Source: Octopus sinensis
Lineage: Eukaryota
Assembly (NCBI RefSeq): GCF_006345805.1
Contig: NC_042998.1
Coordinates: forward strand, 90,458,001-90,522,000
Direction: 5' to 3'
Length of the DNA stretch: 64,000 bases
The translations under genes and the position numbers were made by a program. A model generated the notes under the pieces. The model was not told the DNA's origin and did not search any database. It was given only the letters and a program-made list of their open reading frames with translations. Shown here piece by piece: positions 1 through 13,665 of the stretch (positions within the stretch are counted from its first letter, which is position 1; every line of letters begins with the position of its first letter).

Positions 1-1904
1 GAGTCATAAGACACAAGGATGTAAAACTTGCAATGCTACATTAACATGAATGTTATATCTCACCATTTTGTAGCTCTAACTTTTGGTATACTCTTATTTT
101 CAAATACATTGTGATTGGGTATGGATTAGTTTTCAAACTCATGGTGTCTAGGCATAAATTAGCTTTCAAATTCAGTGTCTGGGTATTGTTTAAGTTTCAA
201 GCTCTCTGTATTTGGATATCAATTAGTTTTCAAACTTGTGTTTGAAAATAGATTACCTTTCAACCTTATTGATTGATGTAGAAGTCATTTCCATCAGATT
301 ACTTTTATTGTAACAAAATTTCTGAAAATCAAGCAAAAAGAACGATGATTCACTTTCCTTGCAGATTTACAAAATTACCAATTTGTGTTGGTTTGTTTGG
401 TTTTCTTCAAAAGTTTCTGACATAGAAATCTGCTGAAGAAAATGATTCTAGAAGCATTAGAATAACTTTAAACATAACCTGAAAAAATAGTAAAGAAAAA
501 GGATAGTTTGAGTTGAAATTCTAGTAATTACAGCTAATACATTTGCAATAAATGAGATAAAATGACCAGTAGATAAAAGCAATTATGTCAAAGTTTTGTG
601 ATACGTATCATGCTTTGGTAAGTGTAGTGTTGTGTCTGGTAATAGTCAAGGAATTGTGGATAGGGGCAGTCATAGTAGGAGTATAGCATATAGATTCTAT
701 TTTTGTTGTTAAGGTAGGGGTCACATTTGAGCTTTGTAGCATGCTAACAGATTTTTAGAATTCAAAAATTAAAGTTTCTTAAACTGGCCATATCTTTCTG
801 TGAATTGCTGTTTTTATCTACTGGTCATTTTATCTTGTTTATTGTAAATGTATTATCTGTGCTATTCTTTCATGTTATGTTTAAAGTTACATTTTCCATT
901 GTAAGATATGATTGTATGCCACTTGCAAACATATTTTTGTTCATGGAGTCATTAGTATTTGGAAATGTCAGCAGTATAGACAGAGATATCAGTATCTGGT
1001 AGGTCATATTCTAGCTACTTATGAAAGTGACATTTGCAACAAATATTTTTCATTCAAGTTGCTTACTGAAGATTTATTGCTGTTTATTTTCTATGTAAAA
1101 TCCTTGTTTTCTTAAGTTAAAACTTACTAGTATTAGTTGAGTTTATTTTCTGGGTTTCAATTTAAGATTGCAACTGAATTCTGACTTTATTTCCTAACTA
1201 AAACATACAATTCATTTGTGCAACCTTAAGTTCTGCTGTTCATCACTTTACCATTTCTCAGTAGATATCAGCCCATTGACAATTGTAAGCGTCTTGGCAT
1301 TTCTTACCAAGTTCTTTCACAAATACTTTGATGAGCCCCATATTTTAAGATATTTCTTGAATATGAGCTTTGTATGCTTGATTAGTCTCTCCTATTAATA
1401 CATGGCATTTGTACAATGTTGATTTGTTTTCATATAGTGTATTGAGCTAAATTTTACTTGTCATCATTATAAACCAGTAATGAAACCTTGCAGTAAAATA
1501 TGTATTCAAGTAAAGCCATAGCTGTTGGAGGTTCTTTACTTCTGGAAGCTTTATTGTATTTCATAACCCAAGCTTTCACATCAGTCTGTTAATCTTCTTA
1601 AATAGTATGATCATCAGGTTGAATCACATGACACACATGTAAGACAGGCAGCACAACATCATGAATGTTATATTTGTTTTCATTATTATAAGCAATTTGT
1701 ACAAGCCAGTCAATCTAGACTAACATATAACTTTAAGATTTACATGTCAATAATCATTTTTAGCTTTTAAAAGTTTTTAAAAAATATCTTGCCCATCTTA
1801 AATTTTTGTCTCAGACAAATTCTATTAAAACTTGCCAAAATATATAATTTTATTATAAAATTTTCTGAGATTGCTAACAATTAAATTTAATTTTGCTAAT
1901 TGAA

Positions 1905-2400
1905 AACATTGCAAGTCAAAAGTTTTGCAATATTTTGGTAACCTATTTGCTTTATTCATCAAGTTATGACAAAAGTAGCCTAGCATCCAAAATAGAGGCC
2001 ATCATATTGAACCATCTGAAGCCACCTTTCTGCCAGTTCTTTGATCCTAGACCAATACCAGTTCTTGTTCTTCAAGGTGAACTCCTTCACTGAAGTTTCC
2101 ACCTCCTCTTGGTTGATAAAGCATCATGAGCACAGAAAGTAAGCCATGGATCAGAATAATAATCTGAGGGAGCCAGGTCCAGGCTAAATGCTGGCTGTAG
2201 CATTAGTTCAATTCCCTCAAGTTCCTGGAGTTTATTCCAGGTTGTGTGAGTGGTATAAGGCCTTGCATTGTCTTGCTGCAGAAGAGCTCACTTTCTGTTA
2301 ACCAATGCTGGGTATTTTTGCTGCATAATTGCATACATCCTTTCCACTTGTTCAGAGTACAGGTTGGAATCAATGGCTCGACTATCTGAAACAAACTCAT
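1905..2400 (-). mobile_element. Decayed mariner transposon, 3' half (transposase C-terminus plus 3' terminal repeat remnant)
   Basis: Minus-strand translation gives ...LYSEQVERMYAIMQQKYPALVNRK*ALLQQDNARPY...FSLDLAPSDY, i.e. the mariner DNARPH and YSPDLAPSD motifs, with stops and frameshifts. A TIR-like AAGTCAAAAGTTTTGCAATATT lies near 1913. Confidence 0.8.
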
Positions 2401-2539
2401 AGTGAATTATACCCTCATAATTCTATTAGACAGAATCATGTTGCATTTGAAACACCCACGTTTGGCTATAAGTTCCAGAAGTTAGCCCTTGCTTAAAACC
2501 ATTGCTTATACACATTAGGATTGCGGGAAAATATTTCTC

Positions 2540-2801
2540 TTGGATTATTACTTGTTCTGGTCCATGACTCACTTCCTGTGCTTTCAATGCTTCATCAAAG
2601 AAGAGAAAATGGAAGCTTCAATGTAAAAGTTCCTTGCCTTGAAGGACAAGTGCTGGTATCAGTGTGGAATCAAAGAACTGGCAGAAAGGTAGCTTCAGAC
2701 AGTGCAACATGATGGCTTCTACTTTAAATGCTGGGTTGTTTCTGTTATAACTTGATGAATAAGTTACCAAAATATTGCTAGACTTTTGATTCAACACAGT
2801 A
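2540..2801 (+). mobile_element. Second decayed mariner 3' end, inverted relative to 1905-2400
   Basis: GGAATCAAAGAACTGGCAGAAAGGTAGCTTCAGAC...ATAACTTGATGAATAAG...TTACCAAAATATTGC aligns by eye with the reverse complement of ~1905-2170. It ends in ACTTTTGATTCAACACAG-TA. Confidence 0.7.
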
Positions 2802-3581
2802 TGATTATGAAATTTATTGAGTAAACTTTACGAAATTGTATAAAATCATTATTCATTGTTTCTTTTGCTTTTTAAGGATTTTAAATCAAACTGCATTCCC
2901 AGTTCTGTCATTAAAATTTTGAAACTAGTGAAATTTTGATCTAAAACAATCATTGGGTGAAATATGTACCTTAATGTTAAGTCAGAATTGTTGCCTATCT
3001 CATGAATTAGCAGAGCATGATGTAAAACTAGAAGTCCCAGTGAGTTAGGATGGTTCCGCTGAAGTTTTCATGTAGTAATTGAGTGTAAAGACACTAGAGT
3101 GGTTCCCATGGTTTTCTCCAAGTATATGAGAATATTTGTGTTTAATATCAAAAGCTAACACACCTATCAATGATACACTTCTCCACACTGGGGTATTCTA
3201 ATGATATTTTTGTTATAGAATCATGTCTCTGTTAAAGGCTGGAAGCAGAGCTAGTGATGAACATGAACCAAGTTGCACCACAATTTTTATGTCCATGATT
3301 GATAGCAGTAGTTATGAGATAATTTTATTTCATACTGAAATATTCAAGTTTAAATCAGTGGTTGAATTCTTTACTCAAGAAAATAATTATGCAGCTTGTT
3401 GTATGTTAGGAGTTTGAAGACTGGATGCTCTTTTCCTAAACCATTTCACAGCATGAACTGGGACTAATGAGAATGTTAATCAGAATTAAAATATCCCTTC
3501 TACTCTGTATCAGTTTATGTTTCAAATTAGTACTGTCTTTATTGGGTTGCTTTTTTATCAGTATTCAATAATTTTTTCTAG

Positions 3582-3710
3582 GTGGTAATGCTTCCAAGAC
3601 AGAAAATGTCTCTCGTCCTAAGAGATATTCAACACAGCGTCAAAGGAATGTACCAGAAGTAAACTACCCAGAGCAGATACCAGTTGAAGGAACTACATAC
3701 TATAGCCCAA
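3582..3710 (+). CDS. CASC3: CASC3/MLN51/Barentsz (exon-junction-complex subunit), internal coding exon
   Basis: AG at 3580-3581, GTAAGT at 3711; 129 nt, phase 1/1. Encodes GNASKTENVSRPKRYSTQRQRNVPEVNYPEQIPVEGTTYYSP. RPKRYSTQRQR matches the conserved KRYSSQRQR motif of CASC3 family C-terminal halves. Confidence 0.88.
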
Positions 3711-4626
3711 GTAAGTGCTTAACAAACAGTCTATTTATAATATTCTGTAATGTCTCATTGTTTGTATCTGAAAACAAATGCTACTAGTCATCTTAATTAG
3801 TTTGAAACTAATTGTTTACCTTGGGAATTTATATTTTTATACTCATAGAAATTACTTCTAAAACACCCTTATTTGAACAAAGTATGTATGATGGCTCTTT
3901 AGCAAAAAAGCATTTCAGTATAGAGTGTATCCTTCTAATGTGAAACTGATTTTTCTTTTTAACTTATGCGAGAGCTTTTCATCTGTTTTATGAACTCCTC
4001 AATATTCTGTCTACTGAGTAGCTGTTAGATTGTTTTCATTTTATTTAAGCTACTTGAATATATTCATTTCCTTTCCCAGGATATAATATAATACTAATAG
4101 TGGGACAAACTTACGATTCTTCAATTGAGAAGCCAGTACATTATCCTTCACATTTCAATATATTTCATTACATATTCATATAGAATAGTGTGTGTGTAAA
4201 TATAAATATCTAGATAGATACATAAGCACTCAGTAGTGATCTTAATAGTTCTCATATTTTATTTAACCACCATCACAACCTCTCATCCACAGTAATGTCA
4301 TTCTCCTATTCTATATACTCTTTGGGTGATTGAAATGAAGTCCACTCTACTTTCATCATGTAATTCACAATGCATTCTCAGAATATGGCCAAACAAATTC
4401 AAATATTCACACTTGATCTCTGGTATCATACTTGCAGTTTTTTTTTTTTTTTTTAGAAGGCTTCATTAAGAATTATCTGGCCCAAAAATGCAGCAGCCGT
4501 TAAGAAAGGTGTTGATATTTTCCATCACCCCTTCAATATCATTCTAGTACTTAGAACAATGCAGTAATACTTACTGGTTTAATATTACTATTATACATTT
4601 ACATCTTTATCTTTAAAGTAAGCTTG

Positions 4627-4866
4627 TTAGATATCTAGAAGCAGCTGAGTTTTGCAGTAGCTACTCACAATTTTTTCCCAATTTTGCTTTGATACTTTTT
4701 GCATGTTATTTTTACTAATAAAAGTTCCCACCCTCTTGTACTTCTTTGTGGTACTGTTAATATACATAACGTCCATGTTGGAGGTGTTGATATTAAACTC
4801 AGTTGGCTTTGCAGGGTAGTTTTCCACTTTCTTGGTTGTATTCAGTAGATAGCATTGCCAGATCAT
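4627..4866 (-). mobile_element. Highly decayed RTE-like LINE reverse-transcriptase fragment
   Basis: FNINTSNMDVMYIN...YKRVGTFIS loosely resembles the INxxKTxVM...FKYLGSxI RT C-terminal motif. Confidence 0.3.
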
Positions 4867-7800
4867 CTACAAAGCTTGCCTCCTCTAAGTACAATTTGAA
4901 GATCCATAAGATTCTCCTTCTTTTCTAGTATTTAGAGAATGAAACACAGGCCTTCCATGTGCCCAGGCTGGGATGGAGTGGGACAGTTGGACTAGTTAGC
5001 ATGGACTTATGAATTTGAGGGGTTCTACTCTTGCTAAAGGCAAAAGAAGGACTTTTTGGTCGAGAATAACCTTTTTTCGTTCAATAAATTGTCCTACTTT
5101 TATTCTAGTCTACTATTTGTAAGTGTATCATGTACATATATATATATCCATAACATATTCATAAATCATGTGTATGTATCACTGATCACTAAGATCCTTC
5201 ATTTTTGTGTCTAGCCTGGGTGTATTATCTGACTTAATTGAGAATCACTCTGAGATGGTGCTGTTGAACATTATGTCACCAAAGAAGTAATGATAGAATT
5301 GCTTTATCAATGTTAAGAATGTCTTCAGCTATTCATTTAAATATAGTCTTGTAAACAGTGTTACCATACCTCTATATAGAAATATGGTATAATGCAGTTC
5401 ATAGATCTATACAAGATCTTTCAAATCTAGTATCAGCTGGGGGTTTTTCTGTTTGCTCTCTTAAAATTTCCAACAAAATACATCTTCCTTCCTCTATTTC
5501 TATTCTATTTATTTCTTCATATCACAGTAGGAACTTTTCCAATTTTTAATTACAATTTACTTCAAAAGTACAGTAGATTAATTTTTTTCTTCAACATAAC
5601 AAATATTTCAGCTACTATGGTGATACTTACAACTAGATCTTTTAAAATAGAAATTTGCTGTATATTTAACCTTCTGGTGCTTTTCGGGGTATGCTTGATC
5701 CAGAATGAAGAATCCATTTTTTTATAAGATCTTCAAATTTCCAGGCAAGCTATTCGGTTCTGTCTTTCATCTATAGGTATTGATCCCAAAGGTTATTTGT
5801 CTTTGTATCTGCATCTTAATAAAAAAAATTGTAGTATATGCTAATTTATTTATACAATATTTTTTATATACCTTTTATATGAATGTATATTCTTTTAGAA
5901 TAGTAAGATTAATGCTATTGTTCATCATTGCTATTTTGGTCTTATTTGGAATGAAATATTTACAGCAGTTCTTTAAAAAAATACCATTAAGATATTGAGC
6001 ATTAAGACTACTCTTTGTGAGAATCTTCTGTTCTTATTTTCCAGGGAAAGAAATGCAATGTTAGTGTGATTGGATATATTTACTATCCAGATCTTTTGAT
6101 TACTGCTCATTTTTAGAAATGATCTTTAATTATGAATATTTCAAAATAGTTTGTTTTAAAATACTTACAAATCTTAGTAAAAGCATTTTAGTTAAGCAGT
6201 TACAAGCCATATTTTTCATATTTAATTTTTCATGGATGTATAGCAGAGTCTTAATTTTTTTTCCCCCATTATGCAACATAATGAAGCATCTTGAAATGAG
6301 AGGCCCACATCTGGCTTAACATCATTGCCATGTCTCAGGGTAACTTGCAACAGGGTCTGCTCAGTTGCAAGCAAACAGGTCAGATCTCTGGCCTGAGGAT
6401 AACTTCTTTCTTTCCTCCCACCTGTTTCAGAAACCCTGAAAAGGATTGTGGTCGTTGTCTTTTCTACTCTGACAAACAATTAAAAAATCTAAAGACACTG
6501 TCATGTTTATAGTTTCATTTATTCATTGACCGTAATAATAATGTTTTGAATGAAGTTGATTAACAATTAATGAGTATACATTACTCATATATATTGTAGT
6601 TTTCTTACTAAAATTTCTAATTTGTTTTCCATCATATTTTATAACCTATTTATGTTGGTATAATATTTCATATAATTATTTAGAACAAACGATTCTGATG
6701 AATCAGATTAGTTGGATGATTAAACATTTTGTGCTCTAATATATTTAATACAGAAAGTGATTGTTGTAGTCCTTAAAATTAAAGTTGTTGGTATGGTTTC
6801 ATTTTTACCTTTTATTTAATCTTAATTGATAGGATTACAACTTATTAATTTACATCAATATAGATTAAATAACTTCATAGATGTTTTTGGATTAAATAGT
6901 TTGTCAGTTTTGAGATTTGCATCATCAATTAACTTATAAACATTTGCAATTATTATTATGTAAACTCTCTATAAATCACATGAAATAATTCGGTATATGA
7001 ATATATTTATAATCTTGCTCTAAAATTATTTTGGGAGTATCGTCCATGAAAGGAATATATATACAGGGGTCAAAATTAATTTAGACTTAGGTGGGTCTTA
7101 TTCAGCAAATGCTCTAAGATGTGTTATATAATATTCCTTAATAGAAAGAATGTGGGATTTTGAGAACTCCAAAGTGAAGGAGACCCAAATAATCAACATT
7201 AAGTTTTGTCTTCAGTTGTTAGATCTATGTTTTCTGTTGGGGTTTAACTCCAGAATTAATTTAGGTCGAAACTAGAAATACAGTTGTATATTGAATTTGA
7301 TTTACCATATTTAAAAGCTGCTAAATTCATGCATTTTTCTTTGTTTATAATTGATTTTGCTTATAATTTCAATACTTTCGTCAATTAAAACTTAATTTTT
7401 TGTATTTATTACAAATGTGAATTAAAACATGATAGTTAAATTGACATGATAATTTTAAATTTTAAATTTTGTATGATGTTATGAAAGCAATTATGAATTC
7501 TTTTTTTTTTTAACATTTATTGTTGATCTAAACACTGTTAATGAATCTAATATGCTTTTCTCTTAGCAATATTCTTTTGGTAATTGATTGATTTATTTGC
7601 TATCTTTTGTGAATAAATCATGTTTTTTTGTTTTTTTTTGCATGGTTATATTTTTAGTTAAATTGATTTGTGTAGCCTATGGCTGATTTGTCACCACTGA
7701 CAAGTTTAGTCAGTGGGTTTTGATGTTGTTTTTTTGTCTTTGGGTTGTTTATCTCTGTGTATTTGTTTAGTAGAATAGCACATGTGTTATAATGAACACC

Positions 7801-10795
7801 ATGTATATATCTATATTGTATCACATGTATTTTGTTATTGATGGTGAAATAGGTCTTTTGAATTTTCAATTTCATTGAACTGAAAATTCCAGAACTATTG
7901 TGTTTTATAATTATTTAAGGCTATTTTCTATTATATTGCATGCTTGTACACTTTTTATAAATCTAGCATTTATATAATTATTGGGACATGGAGGAGGGCA
8001 TCTTCTTTAGAATAAGTAATTTCAAGACACTTTTTGTGCTTCATAAACTCCATTAAAAAAATGTGCACTACAAAGACATATGCAATACTTGAAATGGAAA
8101 AAGGCAAGGTTTATAATAGTGAAAGAACTGAAGATTGAGATGATAACAATGGATAAACTGAAGAGGATTGTATTCTAGTACCTGAGGTGGACCACTTTTC
8201 AGTGATATAGGTTATAGGAGGAAAAAGTAAGGGATTGTATATTTTTAGGTGTGACACAAGTTTCTTCAATCTATTACCAATATTCACTTACTCCTTATGA
8301 TCAAAACTTCCCACTTGCAATAACTTAGGGTACAGAAATCCATTTTTGCCTGATTCGTTTGCAAGATTTAACAGTAAAATGGAGGATCTCTGAAAAATGG
8401 CCTTCAAAAGTTCCAAATATTATCACCATGAATGTGACACAAGTGAAATTAATGATGTAATCTTCAATAGTGCTATAATACTAGTAATGATTTCTTACTT
8501 TGGCACAAGGTAATATATTGGGAAGGTGGATAGTTAATTGTAGTGACCCAGCACATACTTGAAAAGAAAGAACATTATTGATTAATTTTTATTTTATCAA
8601 ACCTAGAGGGTCCTTACTGGGATCTGTAAGGTATTTAGTCTGACACTAAATTGTTTTTGTGGCTTCATTGCATTAAAACGATAATTCCCTCCACACATCT
8701 TTCAAATTTATATCAGTTATCAATAGATTATCTAAGCTTGTAAAGGACTGCAGGAAATGGGTCAGGGAAGATGAACTACCCAAGTATTTGTGTAATTCTG
8801 TAGCATCAAACTATTCAGTTAAGGGATTTATTAATATGGTAGCACTCTAAGTAGTAGTTGATGACAAATTTATCATCTTAGAAGCCATTGGTGATAGATC
8901 AGCATTGTTATAGAAATATATGATGGCAGAACTTTCAAACTTTGCAAGCATTGGAGGTAAAATATTTAATGACTTCATGGTCACATTGCATTGAGTGAAC
9001 AGACCCAGCAGAAGGCAACCCCACTACTGTTGGTGTACTTGATAAAATATGCTGAATGCTGTTATTACCCAATGCAGAGTAGGCTTTACTGGCCACTGCA
9101 ATCTTGCTGAATAACATATATTAGATGTTATATTTTGAAGACTGTGACACCCCAGTAAAGAATGAAGGCCACTCAGATGCTTTGATATTAATTGGCAGAG
9201 ACACACAACATAAAATTGAGGATCTACCCAAGCTAATGGATGGGTGACAAAAAATTCCAGCACAGTTTTGTTGTTGCTCGAAGAAGCAGTTTGGTAAAAA
9301 AAAGGAGTTACTTTAAAGATTTGCTTTACATAGGATCCTTTATCAACTTGGGATGCTATAAGGGATTCTTCAAGAACTATAGCAGAAATTAATTGTTCAT
9401 CATTTAAACAAACAAATCTACTTATAAAGAGTACTGCTAGCTGACCTTGTTTAGTAGCATGAATAATACTCCTGTCAAATCTCAAGCATTTTTCATACTT
9501 TCATAACTTTTTTTTTTTTTTTAACTGCATCTACTTATCAAACATCATGACTATAATTACTGAAATGTTATGGTAAAATAGCTTATCTTCATAAACTTTT
9601 CTTCTTTTTTCTTTGAAAGAAAAAGAAAAAAATCTCATCAGAATAGACATCTTTTAAGTAAGATGTCTCTGCCAAAAATATATTTTATGTATTCAGTAGA
9701 ACTAGATTTGAAAAGTGTCATTCATTTGAATTGTATTTCCCATTAGCTTGAATGTATAAGTATTATTTTAAAACACGATATAAAGCTTCTTATAAAAGTC
9801 AGATATAAATATGAAATATAACTCAGGTTATGTCAAATATTAAAAGATTTCTTTACTTTTAAGATATTTATCATTATGACAGCATTTAATTTTAGTTTTG
9901 ATATAGTTATAAATGGCCATAGATATACTATAACTATTAGAATTGAGTTTTATATAATGACAAACTACTACTTTGTTCTTTCTAAATATATCTACTAGAT
10001 GTGCATGCCAACAGAGTGGTCTGATAATTCCATTCTTCTTTGTTATATAATTATTACAAATCTCAAATGAACCCTGATTGATTGTTGCTCTATAATTTTG
10101 TACTGAACTGATGACATACTGCATGTAAAATTACTTTCCTATGCTATTAACCCAACTAGGCATGTAAGGATTTAAGTTTTCATTTCAACCACATCTAGAT
10201 AATTCAAATAGCTTAAGTTATGACATCACTTCTCTTTTGTTTGAGAACATGCGTACACACATGCACATATATATATATATATATATATATATGTTTCATG
10301 TACCTACACCTGATAAATTATTAGAATACTTTGTTTATCTGTGTAATTCTATGTCTGGATTGAGATGTTTGTTGAGTTAAATTTTATTAACTGTATAGAT
10401 GTGTGGCATTTTTTTCTTTCATTTCATTTTTGTGCATGGTGTTGCTGTACTTTTATTTTGTTGTTTTTTTTCTTTTTGGCTCTGGAACATGTCATTATCT
10501 GCACTAGTTCATTTCAATTTGTTTGCTTTATTTTGTATATTTTGTAAATGTTTTAGATTAGTGTATATGACCTATATCTGCACCAAATGTCATGGATTGG
10601 TTTATTCTCTTTTCTTTTGGTTTCTCTAGTTAGCTAAAAGTTCTGTCTGTTTATTATTTCAGTTCCCTTGTTTTCTGTTTCTCGTGTTTGCTTATTTTAA
10701 TCTTCTGTGTCTCCTCTTCTGTCTGGGATTTGTATTTTGATTGATATTTTGTTTACTCTATTGGTTGTTTCCTATTTAAAATATTTGTGTTCCAG

Positions 10796-10918
10796 ATTTT
10801 ACCCAAGGTCCACCACACATATTTCATCCTGAACAAGGTCCACCTACTCATCAGGACGGAGCAGCGTTCCAGCCTACCATGTTACAGGCTCCTACCCCTA
10901 TCCCTTACACATTACCAG
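10796..10918 (+). CDS. CASC3: CASC3 internal coding exon (Pro-rich)
   Basis: TTCCAG acceptor, CAG|GTACG donor; 123 nt, phase 1/1, in frame with the flanking exons. Encodes FTQGPPHIFHPEQGPPTHQDGAAFQPTMLQAPTPIPYTLP. Confidence 0.8.
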
Positions 10919-11799
10919 GTACGACTCGAGATACTAGCTCTGTGTCAGTAGCACCCAGTCTGTATTGGTGTGATAGTTATTGTCATAGTTGTCCGTGTCA
11001 AGAAATTACAACTATTGAACAATTTACTATTGAACTATTTGCTATTGAACAAATGAGGAATTGCTGATAATTATTGGTTAGTTCTAGGCTAAAAAGCTTC
11101 TTCACAAAGAATGGATAGTTTAGTTTTGCTTACTGGATTTTTGTCTTTTAATTCCTTCGTCTTATTTTAAATTAGCAAAGCATAATTGCCAAGCTTTACT
11201 GATTTTCTGTTGATATCATTCTTATCATTTAGGTTGCTCTTTGAATTTGGAATGTATTTTATAACGTAATTTTCATATGATTTCAAAATTTAAAAAAAAG
11301 GTTCACAGATAGTTGGTTCTTTATCAGAGATTTTGTCTGCTTGTTGGCATCTTTATTCATGTTCATATTTTAGTAAGATGAATATCCGGTGTAAATCATT
11401 CATGTATTTTCATTTCCAAGCTATTACAACAAATGAAATTAATTATAAGGCATTTGTTGAATTGTAAGGTAATAGTCATAATAACTGGTAACTTATATAC
11501 AGTTTCTTCTAAAAAAGGAAAAGCATAGAACATGTGTCCTTTATTCCTTTATTTTTGTAAACTACTCCTATATAAACAAACATCATATTTGTATTGTTTC
11601 TTACTTGTTTGTTTTTTTGTTGTTGGATTCTCCCCCACCCCCATCCGTAGTGAAGCAAACATTTTCAGTGGATGGAAATAAAATCAGGAAACATATGTAC
11701 TAGAATTAAGCTTTGGTAATTGTAACATTAATTTACTCCAACAAAATCTTCAGTTAGAGATGTCAAAATCCTTCTCAAAGAAACAAAATGATATGTTTC

Positions 11800-12140
11800 T
11801 TTATAGGCATGGTATTGTAGTTTCAGATTCTGTCCTACTCTACAGCACCTTGGGCAAGTGCTGTTTGCCATAGTCCTGGACCAACTGATGCCTTATGAGT
11901 AAATTTTGCTGATAGAGACTGTATGCAAGCCTGCCATTTGTGTCTGTGTGTCTTTGTGATTCTCCCCACCATGGGTTGACAACCCATGTTTTTGTTTATG
12001 TCCCTGTAACTTAACAGTTTTTCAAAAGAAACTGATAAAGTAAGTACCAGGTTTTAAAAATAAATACTGGATTGATTTATTCAACTAAGCTTTTCAAGAC
12101 AATGCCCCAGCATGATTACAGTCCAGTGAATGATGCAAGT
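11800..12140 (+). mobile_element. Degenerate tRNA-derived SINE
   Basis: Diverged copy of the element at 12170-12560 (shared blocks CACCTTGGGCAAGTG, CCCTGTAACTT, ATAAAGTAAGTACCAGG, CCCCAGCATG). Confidence 0.65.
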
Positions 12141-12169
12141 AAAAAATAATATATATATATATATATATA

Positions 12170-12560
12170 GGTGCAGGAGTGGCTGTGTGGTAAGTAGCTT
12201 GCTTACCAACTACATGGTTCCGGGTTCAGTCCCACTGCGTGACACCTTGGACAAGTGTCTTCTACTATAGCCTCGAGCTGACCAAAGCCTTGTGAGTGGA
12301 TTTGTTAGATGGAAACTGAAGGAAGCCCGTCATATATGTGTGTGTGTGTATGTATATGTTCATGTGTCTGTGTTTGTCCTCCCAACCTTGCTTAACAACC
12401 GATGCTGGCATGTTTACGGTCCCGTAATTTAGTGGTTCGGCAAGAGGGACTGATAGAATAAGTACTAAGCTTACAAAGAATAAGTCCTGGGATCGATTTG
12501 CTCGACTAAAGGCAGTGCTCCAGCATGGCTGCAGTCAAATGACTGAAACGAATAAAAAAA
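12170..12560 (+). mobile_element. tRNA-derived SINE (octopus-type), near full length
   Basis: Head GGTGCAGGAGTGGCTGTGTGGTAAG (A-box-like) and GGTTCAGTCCCA (B-box-like), internal (TG)n, tail ...GACTGAAACGAATAAAA. Related copies occur at 33005, 43403, 41425, 31520, 56960 and 62430, and reversed at 29580, 34770, 44790 and 49010. Confidence 0.85.
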
Positions 12561-12599
12561 TATATTCTTGTCCTGTCAACAATATCATCATTACTGTCT

Positions 12600-13626
12600 G
12601 CTGCTCTCTTTCTGCTTCCTCTGCTCTTTACCTTACCCAACTCATGCAACATTGGTTATCCACTCTTCAACTTGACCCAATCCTTACAGTTGTTGCCTAC
12701 CTTCCCTCTCCCATACCCTCAGGTTTTGCTCCCCCAGACACTACTGCAAACCTACCCATCCACCAACACTTAGTTCTATTGCCATTCACTTCTATTCACC
12801 TTGTACCTTGAGAAACCACCTGGACACCACATCATCACTATTTATGTCTTTGCAGCTCCTCTGATCATTTAACCCTTTCTTCTAAATGTGTGTAGACATG
12901 TTGCTCCTCTACAGCAAGAACATGCTCTCCCTACTCTTCTCTCATAACTCCTCATCTCCTCACATAAAGGCTCCTCCCCCACTTCCAGGTTCATAGTCCT
13001 CCAAACTTCATGGCAATGTCACAAGTGCTGGTGGCATATAAAAAAGCACCCAGTACATGTTGTAAAAGTGCTTGGTGTTAGGAAAAGCATCCAACTGTAG
13101 AAACCGTGCCAAAGCAAGCACTGAGACACAGTGCAGTCCTTCGCCCCATTGGGTCCTGTCAAACACATACCAGCATGGAACATCGTTCTGATATATATAT
13201 GTCAGTGAAGCGTTATAAGCACATCTGAGCATGATTGTTGCCAGGGCCAAGGATTGGCTCCCGTGCCAGTGACACATGAAAAGCACCATTCGAGCGTGAT
13301 TGTTGCCAACGTCGCTTTACTGGCACATGAAAAACAACATTCAAACATGGTCGTTGCCAGTGCCACCAGACTGGCTCCCGTACAGGTAGCACGTAAAAAC
13401 ACCTTTTGAGCGTGGTCGTTGCCAGTACCGCCTGACTAGCCCTCGTGCTGGTGGCATGTAAAAGCACCCACTACACTCTCGGACTGGTTGGCATTAGGAA
13501 GGGCATCCAGCTGTAGAAACTTTGCCATATCAGATTGAGTCTGGTGCAGCCTCTGGCTCACCAATCTCCAGTCAATCCATCCAACTCATGCCAGCATGGA
13601 AAGCAGATGTAAAATGATGATAATGA

Positions 13627-13635
<9 letters not shown>
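12600..13635 (+). mobile_element. RTE-LINE 3'-tail-derived repeat with internal ~60-bp tandem units and (GAT)n tail
   Basis: Contains GGCATTAGGAAGGGCATCCAGCTGTAGAAAC...CCAGCATGGAAAGCAGATGTAAAATGATGAT, the same tail as the RTE at 34927-37045. Repeated GTAAAAGCACC...GTTGCCAG units. Confidence 0.7.
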
Positions 13636-13663
<28 letters not shown>

Positions 13664-13665
13664 TA

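Noticed and set aside
421-482. Short coding-looking stretch KSAEENDSRSIRITLNIT after a TAG
   Set aside because: It ends in a stop with no usable donor, so it cannot be joined to the CASC3 exons.
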